Shown here piece after piece: positions 9,060 through 17,862 of a stretch of DNA of 64,000 bases (positions are counted from its first letter, which is position 1; each line of letters opens with the position of its first letter). Where the stretch lies: assembly GCA_963697355.1 (NCBI GenBank), contig CAVONV010000023.1, positions 1,362,400-1,426,399 on the forward strand. The letters run 5' to 3'. The position numbers were made by a program, and so were the translations under genes. Source of the DNA: an uncultured Acidobacteriota bacterium. Lineage in GTDB: Bacteria; Acidobacteriota; Vicinamibacteria; Marinacidobacterales; DATDRI01. The notes under the pieces are model-generated. The model was not told where the DNA came from and ran no database searches. It worked only from the letters and a program-made list of their open reading frames with translations.

Positions 9060-9593
9060 TGGTGCCATACTCTGCCAGATACTTGATTCGGTGGCTTCAT
9101 CGTGCGCGACCTCTGAGATTGAGATGTTGGCAGGCTCAAGGTCTCGATGCTTGACGCCCTTCTCATGAGCTGCTTCGAGACCTTCCGCGATTTGCTTGAA
9201 GAGTGCAAGAGCCTCATCAGTAGGAATGCTTGGCTCGCCGGAGCCTTCCGCCTCCGCCGAGGCTTCGGCGGACGAGCGGCGAAGGCGGCGGCCTCGCTTG
9301 ATGCGCTCTGCCAGAGTCTCTCCCGGCACGAACTCCAGTGCCAAGGAATACACACCATTGGATTCCTCGAGTTCGTGGGTGGCGGCGATGTTGGGATGAT
9401 TGAATGAAGCGAGCAGTGTAGCTTCACGCTCGAATCGGGCAAGACGTTCTTTGTTCTCGGAGAAAGTTGCAGGCAGGACCTTAACAGCGACTTCGCGATC
9501 CAGCTTGGTGTCTTTGGCGAGATACACCTCTCCCATGCCACCTTCGCCGATCTTCTCGAGGACCTTGTAGTGGGAGAGTGTCCGGCCAATCAT
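9060..9593 (-). pseudogene. Truncated type-B Ser/Thr kinase (N-lobe plus catalytic loop only); catalytic-loop Lys replaced by Glu
   Basis: [41 protein letters not shown]...NHPNIAA...HRDLEPANISIS, then the kinase sequence stops at ~9065 where the aminotransferase gene begins. It also carries an RRLRRSSAEASAEAEGSGEPS insertion. Confidence 0.7.
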
Positions 9594-9614
9594 GGAGGAC
9601 CTCCACGTTGGGTG

Positions 9615-9644
9615 AGGATATGACCTTTCGGAACGGAAAGTCAA
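9615..9644 (-). promoter_or_regulatory. Conserved kinase promoter cassette, copy 3
   Basis: Reverse complement reads TTGACTttccgttccgaaaggtcaTATCCTcacccaaCGTGGAGGTCCTCCATGATTGG. Confidence 0.5.
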
Positions 9645-9789
9645 TGAGGGCGTAGAGCGAGAGACCTTTGTCGATGTTTCAGACCCAGCGTCCTCTGCTT
9701 GGCGAATTCAGACCCTTCGACATCCTTCCTTTCATCGGTGGCCGGACGGAGCTATCGCGCTGTTCGCCTAGGGATTCTCCGACCGGGTC

Positions 9790-10131
9790 TCAGGCCTCGT
9801 GCGCAACGGTGAAGATCGCTGTGGGATCGATATACACGCTCCATGAACCGACGAATTCCTTGCCTGCATCGGTTCCGATGAAACCCAACATGGCGTCCAA
9901 GTCCGATACTTCAATCTTGGCGACGTACTGGTAGGGCGGTCGAACCGGCATTTCCCCCTCGGGTTCGGAAACCGCAGGCCCCAGAACGTTGTCGATCTTC
10001 CATGTCTGGAACGACGTACACCACGGTGCACCCCTGATCCCGGGAATTTTCGTTTTGGTGAGATAAGCATCGTACTCCTCAGACTTCTGGCCTTCCTTCA
10101 GACTGTAAACGGCAAAAAGAGTTGGCATCAC
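9790..10131 (-). CDS. Small hypothetical protein (113 aa), possibly an EthD-like dimeric alpha/beta-barrel
   Basis: AGGAGG SD upstream. N-terminus MMPTLFAVYSLKEGQKSEEYDAYL...IPGIRG loosely matches the EthD-family pattern; this is a weak call. Confidence 0.45.
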   Translation of the reverse strand: MMPTLFAVYSLKEGQKSEEYDAYLTKTKIPGIRGAPWCTSFQTWKIDNVLGPAVSEPEGEMPVRPPYQYVAKIEVSDLDAMLGFIGTDAGKEFVGSWSVYIDPTAIFTVAHEA

Positions 10132-10196
10132 ACACCTCCTTTATTTGACGCGATTTGCCCAGTGAGACCCTGTACGATATTTGTCCATTCCATGGC

Positions 10197-10328
10197 CTAT
10201 TTTTCTTGTTCCTCTCGCCGTTGTTCTTCATCAATCGGCCTTTCGGCTCTGCGCTTGTTCGCGAAGTGAAGATAGGCCGGCAGGATGACACACGCGAAGA
10301 TTGCGATGAGGATCAATGCAATCTCCAT
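10197..10328 (-). CDS. Predicted 43-aa single-pass membrane peptide (below the ORF-track size cutoff)
   Basis: AAGGAG SD 5-6 nt upstream of ATG at 10326-10328. It encodes MEIALILIAIFACVILPAYLHFANKRRAERPIDEEQRREEQEK: a hydrophobic helix followed by a charged tail. Confidence 0.35.
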   Translation of the reverse strand: MEIALILIAIFACVILPAYLHFANKRRAERPIDEEQRREEQEK

Positions 10329-10387
10329 CTGACTCCTTTCGACACAACACGGTTATGCCCTTCAAGTCTCGTGTCCTGGGGCCGGTT

Positions 10388-10465
10388 GGCGAGATAAATC
10401 TCTCCCTTTCCACCTTCGCCGATCTTCTCTAGGACCTTGTAGTGGGAGAGTGTCCGGCCAATCAT
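10388..10465 (-). pseudogene. 26-codon N-terminal stub of a type-B kinase fused to unrelated sequence
   Basis: ATGATTGGCCGG... encodes [26 protein letters not shown], then non-kinase sequence. Its ATG overlaps the TGA of the upstream type-A gene (ATGA). Confidence 0.6.
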
Positions 10466-13441
10466 AACTCTAGCTTCCTTCCTGCTTCTTCCACTCGCTC
10501 GCGATCCATGTCGCCGTCTTTCCAGTACTCGTAGAAGCGACGGTAGTACTCGCGGGCTTTTTCCATCTCGCCGCGGTTCTCGTGGATCTTGCCCAGGAAG
10601 TAGAAGCTGCGGACGTAAGGGATGGGCCACGGGATGCGTTCATTCGTGCTTTCGGTGACGCGCTGGAACCAGTGCGCTGCATTATCTTCATCTCCGCGAT
10701 TCCAGGTAGGCCTTGGCGAGAGAGAACCAGATGGGGACGTGTTGAGGGATGCGGAGGTCGTGATGAACGCGAAGAAAGCCTCGTGGGTGAAGCATTGATT
10801 GAGCAATTTCAAGTTCGTCAACAGCCTTAGTGATGTCGCCACGGATCATGGCTAGCTCCCCCAGAAGACGGTGATAGCGTCTTTTCTCTTTTTCGGTGGG
10901 AAGCGATGCTGTCCTTTGTCGGAGCTCTTGCAGGGTTTTCTCCGTCTCCTCCCATTGACCCAGCTTCGCGTACGCGAGTGAAACGAGAAAAAGGCCTTCC
11001 CACTCCGGAAAATTACCTTTCCCTTCTCGTTGTGCTTCCCGGGCTTGTTCCAGCGCACGAGCTTCATTGCCTTGCTCGAGAAGAACGTCCGCCGCCATAA
11101 TCCGGGCCTCAGCAGTGGTGAGTTGTGGATCTTCGTAAGCATTCACCGCCTGATCGATTTGAGTTAAAGCCTCGTGGGACCGACCGTGGTAAAGGTGAAG
11201 TCTGGCGAGGCAGCGCGATCCCGACCACTTTAGTCTTGGGTCGTTCGAATCGACTGCCTGTTTCGCCGCGCTCTCGGCCAGTTCCCACTTCTCGCGCAGA
11301 ACGAAAACGTGCCATCGGCCAAGCTGAACCTGAGGGTCAGGGAGAATGGACTCTGATGTCTGAAAGGCTTCCAGTGCCTGGTCGAGTTTTCCCCAGCGGA
11401 TGAAATGCTGGCCGAGTCTCTGATAGCCGGCGGCACCGTCTGGGTGTTGTGCCAAGTAGCCTTGAAGGATCTCGTATCCCTTTTCGAATTGCCCTATGCA
11501 AGAGTAGCAAATCGCGAGGTTATCGTATGCGCCAACGAATGCGAATTTTCGCCGTATGGCTTCCTCATAGTGGTCGATAGCATCGTCGTAGCGTTCAAAG
11601 TGGCGATAACGTAAAGCTAAGTTGTTGCGCACAACATTGTCGTCCGGATAAATCTCCAACGATTCTTCCAAAGTCTTAAAGGCGCGCTCGTATGTTTCTT
11701 CCTTCAATGCATAGTAGCTGCCCTCGACATAATAGCGATCGCGTAATGGCAGACGATCTGCGTCCTCGACAGCTTGCCGGCGATATTCTTCGCGTAACTT
11801 GTATTGGCCTATGTTGCCGTACATAGAGGAGAGATTGATGCGGGCCCGGGCAAAGTGAGGGTCCACTTCCAGAGCTTTCTCGAAAAGAGGGATGGCCTCC
11901 CTGAACTGCCCACGAGAATCTAGTTTCACCCCCTCCACATAGTACCGGTAGGCCTCGAGAGAGGAGGTGGTCACATCCTGTATGTATCTATCAAAATCGG
12001 CTTCCGCAGCCTCAGGGATCTCGAAATCTGTCTTGATGCGTCGGGTCAGATCATCCACCATTGAGAAGATGCTCGATTCACCGATCCCTTCGGCTTTCTC
12101 CGTGGTTAGAATCTCCCCGCTGGTCACGTCCTGGACGCGGATGTTGATCCGAACATTGTCTCCGGCTTTCATGAAGCTTCCGAGAATCACCGTATCGGTG
12201 TTTGCTTCTCGAGCCACTTCCTGTACGACCTTGAGCGAAGTGATCCGTTCGTCCAGCCGGTTCATGTCGCTTAGGATTTGATAAAGACGATCCGTACTAA
12301 GCACGGTCAGGTTCGGCGACTGGGAGAGGTCCGTCACCAACATGTCGGTCAAACCGGTACGGAGCCAGTCGAGTTTCGGATCTCCAGAGGCGTTTTCAAA
12401 ATAGAGCACGGCAATCGAGGGTTTAGAGCCAGGAGAAGGCACTGGCTCCAGAGGTGAAGTTTGGGGTCGCGAAACGAGCCATCCAATGATCAACACAGCT
12501 ATGACCCCAGCCACAGCGGCGAGGAGACCGAACTTACGACGGGGCCCGTAGACGACCGGAGAGACAGAGCCTGATTCAAGGTGGCGTCGCGCGGACCGAA
12601 GATCGATCACAGTATCGTGGATAGTCTGATATCGCTCCCCTGGCTCTTTGGATAGGCACTTGTCGACTATGTGTTGGAGTTCGAAGCGTGTGTCGTCCGG
12701 TACGTTCGATCCCAAATCGGACAGTCTTGGAGCCGCATCGTTCAAGATAGCATGGAGCGTATCCAACCCACTCTTGCCCTCAAAAGGAAGCCGACCGTTC
12801 ACCATCTCGTGCAGCACAATCCCGAAGCTGAAGATGTCGCTCCTATGATCGACCTTTTGTCCTCGCGCCTGTTCAGGCGACATGTAGGAAACGGTCCCCA
12901 TAACCTTGCCCGGATCCGTTTCGCCGTTCCGCGTGAGGGTCTCGATGTCGCTCCCTTCCCCGGCTAAAGGCTCTATGAGTTTGGCTAGGCCAAAATCGAT
13001 GATCTTGGTATGACCGTCCTCGGTCACCATGACGTTGGCCGGTTTCAGATCCCGATGGACGATGCCTTCATCATGAGCTTTGGCAAGGCCTTCAGCGATG
13101 TCAGTGGAGATTTCGAGAGCACGGCGAAGAGGCACGGGGCCTTTGGCAATCGTGTCACGGAGTTGCTCTCCCCGGATCAGCTCCATCGCAATGAACGTGA
13201 CGCCGTCGGTCTCGTCTATCTCGTAAACCACCCCGATGTGAGGATGCTCGAGCTTCGCCGCAGCCTTGGCTTCCTGGACGAAGCGTCGCTTGCGTTCGGA
13301 ATCGGCAACGAGATCGGGCGGAAGAACTTTGAGGGCAACCTCGCGGTCGAGCTTCAGATCGAGGGCACGGTAAACGATACCCATGCCGCCTCGACTGATC
13401 TCAGAGAGAATTTTGTAATGCGAGAGGGTGCGCCCGATCAT
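10462..13441 (-). CDS. Hanks-type Ser/Thr kinase (type A) with TM segment and TPR repeats; apparent single-nt frameshift near 10695
   Basis: The 917-aa ORF (10688..13441) begins [42 protein letters not shown] and carries [15 protein letters not shown] and TPR repeats. The conserved C-terminus ([55 protein letters not shown]) continues in another frame in ORF 10462..10842. The shift occurs at CTGGAATCGCGGAGATGAAG. Confidence 0.75.
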
Positions 13442-13463
13442 TGGGGACCTCCGCTTGGATGGA

Positions 13464-13493
13464 AGGATATGGCTTTTCGGAGAGCAAAGTCAA
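13464..13493 (-). promoter_or_regulatory. Conserved kinase promoter cassette, copy 4
   Basis: Reverse complement reads TTGACTttgctctccgaaaagccaTATCCTtccatccaagcGGAGGTCCCCAATGATCGG. Confidence 0.5.
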
Positions 13494-13646
13494 AGCTGGA
13501 CAGGGACGCTCCGATCCACGTCGTTCAAGCTACCGCCGGATGCTCGAGCCTGACGACAACGTGTGCGAAGGCCCGCGCCGGTCGTGACGACAGCTCTTCG
13601 CTATATCTCGGAGTATGAGCCATGCCGAGGAAGGAAGCGGAGCTGC

Positions 13647-16470
13647 TTATTTGGGTTCTTGCGCCTCCTCAAGGCGAGCGCGGTACTCGGCGGCCTGTTC
13701 GGGCTTTCCCCAGGCTTCGTAGAGCGTTATGACATAGTCGATGACTACTCGAGTGCGGTCGTTTCCCTTGCCCAACGAGGTCTCGAGCGCCGAGAGCGTG
13801 TCGAGGAGCAGTCGCTCGGCTTGCTCGAATCTGTCCATCCGAGCAAGACAGTGACCATAGTGACCTCGGGAGATCAATAGAATGGGGCTATTCTCGGGCA
13901 GAGCCTTGCCAGCCGTATCATCGAATTCCTTGAAGTTTGTTTCCGCTTCGGCGTACTTGCCCTGCTCACAAAGTGCCTGGGCCAGCCCGCCGAGCGCATA
14001 GAGGGTGTCCGGGTGCTCGCGGCCCAAGACGCGCCGTTCCACCTCCAGGGTGTCACGTAGCAATTCTTCAGCCGCGCCATACTTTTCAATGCGGTTGAGC
14101 ATTGCGGCAAGAATACTTGCGGTGAATAGTGTATTGGGGTGCTCCGCACCTAGGACACGGCGCCGGATCTCCCAGAGCTTCGACAAGTAAGCTTTCCGAG
14201 TCGGCATACTGTTCCTGGCGCGCATACAACACAGCCAAGTTGGTCATGGACGTCAATGTCTTCGAGTGCTCTACTCCCAGCACGCGACGCTGGATCTTCA
14301 GCGCCTCATTGTATAGGTTCCCCGCGTCGGCGTACTGACCTTGGTCACTATACAACCCGGCGAGGTTACTCATCGTAGTCAAGGTGTGCGGGTGTTCCTC
14401 CCCGAGTAGGCGGCGGCAGATCTCGAGCGCCGTCACGTACAACGACTCCGCCTCTTGGTAGCGTCCCAACATTGTGTAGAGGGAAGCCAGATTGCTCATT
14501 GAGGGGAGCGTGTCGGGATGCTCGTCCCCCAGAACACGGCGATGGATCTCCACGGTCTTCGCCAAGAGCGCCTCTGCCTCGTCGTAGCGGCCCAACTCCT
14601 TGTACAACGAGCCAAGGTTGTTCATGTTCGTTAGTGTGCTGTCGTGCTCCTCACCCATGGCCTCGCGGCGAAGTTCCAAGGATTCGACGAAGAGCGCTTC
14701 CGCCTCCTGCAATCGGCCTTGTGCAACATAGAGAGCGGCGAGATTGCCCATGGCGTTCAGCGTTTGCGGGTCGTCCTCGCCCAGCGCGCGACGGCTAAGA
14801 TCCAATGTTTTTACGATCAACGGCTCGGCCTCGTCGAGACGCCCCTGCTTCCGGTACAGTATCGCCAGGTCTTGAGTGGCCATCAGCCTGTCCGGATGCT
14901 CTTCTGGGTGGAGCGCTCTTTGGATCTCGAGCTGCCTGCGGGCGTGCTCCTCTGCCTCTTTGTAGAGCCCGAGTGCGTGGTACGTCTCACCGATGGTGCC
15001 ACGCAAACGGGCTTCGATGAGTGGTTGGCCACCGAATTCTTCGCCGATCGAGCCTGCTGCCTGATCGAGCACCTGACGCACCGTGACGTCTTTGCCCAGC
15101 TCAGCAGGGTCCGCCGCCGCCAGCATGCTGGCCAAAAACTCCGTCACCGCTTCGGACTCATCGCGGGCCCTTTCGGCGGCGTCGCGCTCCTGACTCGCGT
15201 GGAAAAAACCCACCGCGGCGGCCGTTAAGCCGACGACGAGGGCAGCAAGGACCAGACCCGCAGCGGTGACGATGACTCGGTTGCGTCTGACGAACTTGCC
15301 CAAGGTGTAGGTCATGCTGGGGGGCCGGGCACGGACTGGCTGGTTACTCAGGTAACGCTGAACGTCCGTTGTCAACTCGTTGGCACTTCCGTACCGACGA
15401 GTTCGATCCTTCTCGAGTGCCTTCATCGTGACCCAGTCGAGGTCGCCTTGGAGTATCTTCTCCAGAGCTCTGACCTCGATTTGACGATTGGAGGCCGACG
15501 TCGTGGAAGCTTCGCCGAGACTACCCACCCTGGTGCTGGGACGCGGAGGTTCCTCTTCTCGAAGCTTTCTTTGAATCTCGACCAGGCCCGCCTTCCGGAG
15601 TTCCCGAGGATCGAACGGCTGGGCGCCCACGAGTAGCTCGTAGAGAACGACACCGAGGGAGTAAACGTCTGTGCGCGTGTCGATATCGAGGTTGGTCATC
15701 TCCGCCTGTTCCGGGCTCATGTACTCCGGAGTTCCGATGAGCTGCCCCAGCTCGGTGTCGACGGTGCGCTCCGTAAGCCTCCGCGACGTAGCCTTCGCCA
15801 CCCCGAAGTCGATGACCTTCGGGACAGGCCGGTTGTCCTGGATTGCGACGAGCACATTCGATGGCTTGAGGTCTCGATGGATGATCCCTTTCTGGTGCGC
15901 GTGCTGGACACCCTCGGCGACTTGGATGAACAGCTCCAGACGCTCCTTGATGGTCAAGCGGTGCTTGTCACAGTACTCAGTGATCGGAATCCCCTGGACG
16001 TACTCCATCGCAAAGTACGGACGCCCCTCTTCTGTTGATCCTGCATCGTAGACACTGGCAATGTTGGGATGATTCATCAGTGCCAGAGCCTGCCGTTCAG
16101 ACTCGAACCTTGCAATGACCGCCCTGGTGTCCATCCCCCACTTGATTAGCTTGAGGGCCACTCGGCGCTGAACCGGCTTTACTTGCTCAGCCTCATACAC
16201 CACACCCATACCCCCGTGGCCGATTTCACCGAGGACGCGGTAGGGGCCGATTTGACGATCGTCCACATCAACATCGTTATGGATTGTGATGGTCACGGCA
16301 TCTACGGGAGGTGGCTCTTCGAGAAAGCTGTCTGCTTCATCATGAGAAGCAAGAAGCGATTCGACTTCCTGCCGCACGGGAAGCTCAAGTTCACCTAGGA
16401 AGAGTTCCCGTTGTTCAGCGGGAATACCGAGAGCTAATTCGAAAAGCCTCTTAACACGGTCGGTAACCAT
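13647..16470 (-). CDS. Ser/Thr kinase with ECF-sigma-like N-terminal region, TM segment and TPR_10/12-type repeats; apparent +1 G frameshift near 14200
   Basis: The 794-aa ORF has the kinase motifs (GHGGMGVVYEA, HRDLKPSNV, DFGVAK), a TM helix and RRxLGxEHPDTL TPR repeats. The repeats continue in ORF 13647..14225 in another frame. At GAAGCTCTGGGAGATCC one extra G in a G-run breaks EAL-EIRRRVLGAEHPNTL. Confidence 0.75.
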
Positions 16471-16818
16471 TCAGACACCACCGTTAGCGGGTTTGGTGAG
16501 AAGCTGCGACGATCTACAGCCTGCGTCCGATGGATGATAATGGAGTCAGCTTGTCGGGGCAAACCATTCACCTGTTCTCCCTCCAACTTGGAAAGAGGGA
16601 GGAAATGTGGGCCTTTTGTCTATTGACTCTTATGAGCGACCTTCAGAGAGACGGCCACCTCAGCCATGAGGACATCGCCGCCCTCATCCTGGGCGAGCTC
16701 GAGTCAGAATAGGAAGAACGTGTTTCTGAGCATTTGGAACAATGCTCGATCTGGGTGGCTTGGCTGGCTGACGTTGGCATAGCAGACAGCTCCGAGTCAG
16801 AGCTTGCTATGCTGTTCA

Positions 16819-17577
16819 CTACTCGAGCCATTTCTCGACCAAGGCTCTACGCTTGTCCGTAATTCCGTAGAGGGCCGTCACTTCAATTTCGGAATCACTC
16901 GGTCCGTACTTCATCTGGTATTTGGCATGTTGCAGGAGCAGATCGTAGTCTCGGTGGCCGATGCCGTACACGGCTGTCGGCTCGGAGACTCGGCCTGCAG
17001 AACGTCGATACCGCTTCATCACTTCCTTAGTGTAGTCTTGCTCGGCGAGATAACTGTTCTGACAACGACATACCAAGTGAACGTTATCAACGCTATGGTC
17101 GCCACCACGACCGTAGGGTTGGTGATGGTGGAACTCGAGCCCCTCTCGTTCGCTACATCGCCGGCCCTCTTCGGTAACGAAAGTGCACTGATGATGGTCA
17201 CGTTCGCAGACGGCTCGTTTGACCGCAGCCGGGATATAACGTGACGACGGTGATGGATTCGTCTCTTCGAGTCTTTTTCTTGGAGCCTTCGTCTTGGCAA
17301 AGCGCTTCGCTTCGAGCCTCTCGAGCTTCTCGGTGACGGCCTCCTCGATGATCGTTGCTAGATCCCCATCCGGGACAGACGAGCGCATGAGATCGCGAAG
17401 TCGATCGAGCTTGTCGCGAAGCTCGGCGCCCGCTGTGAATTCAATCTTGTACCTTGCCGGCGATAGAGGCACCACCACCGCAGGACGGGCTCGAGCAGGA
17501 GCCGGCAGACTGTTACCTATGTACCCGGTCTGTTTTGTTGCCGATGTAGCCGGTTGCACCATGGGTTTCTTTTCCAA
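16819..17577 (-). CDS. HNH endonuclease-domain protein (252 aa)
   Basis: Cys/His-rich motif CERDHHQCTFV...CSEREGLEFHHHQPYGRGGDHSVDNVHLVCRCQN. Confidence 0.7.
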   Translation of the reverse strand: MEKKPMVQPATSATKQTGYIGNSLPAPARARPAVVVPLSPARYKIEFTAGAELRDKLDRLRDLMRSSVPDGDLATIIEEAVTEKLERLEAKRFAKTKAPRKRLEETNPSPSSRYIPAAVKRAVCERDHHQCTFVTEEGRRCSEREGLEFHHHQPYGRGGDHSVDNVHLVCRCQNSYLAEQDYTKEVMKRYRRSAGRVSEPTAVYGIGHRDYDLLLQHAKYQMKYGPSDSEIEVTALYGITDKRRALVEKWLE

Positions 17578-17700
17578 CTTGGACCCGACGAACTCAAAAG
17601 GAATTGGACACCATGGGAGGGCAATGCCGGCAGGGGCCTTGCTTCAATCTCGGACCGCCAATGGCAATCTGCTGCTTGTTCCATAGACCGACACCTCATG

Positions 17701-17862
17701 GCCCCTAACCAACACGCTGTTCCTTGTTCTCGGCCATCTCGCGGGGCAGGACTTTCAGTGCCATTTTGCGACTGAGTTTCGTGTCATCGGCGACGTAGAC
17801 TTCCATTCCACCTTCGCCGATCTTCTCGAAGACCTTGTAGTGGGAGAGAGTCCGGTCAATCA
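17701..17862 (-). pseudogene. 53-codon N-terminal stub of a type-B kinase directly after the type-A gene
   Basis: [52 protein letters not shown]. Its ATG overlaps the TGA of the 989-aa gene (GTCATGATTGACCGG). Confidence 0.6.

Noticed and set aside
8297-9589. 430-aa minus-strand ORF (Arg/Ser-rich) overlapping the aminotransferase and kinase remnant
   Set aside because: Low-complexity Arg-rich translation typical of an out-of-frame read-through in high-GC DNA. It overlaps two genes that have real domain signatures in other frames.
14644-15228. 194-aa plus-strand ORF inside the ECF-like kinase gene
   Set aside because: Antisense to clear TPR repeats; a GC-skewed spurious frame.
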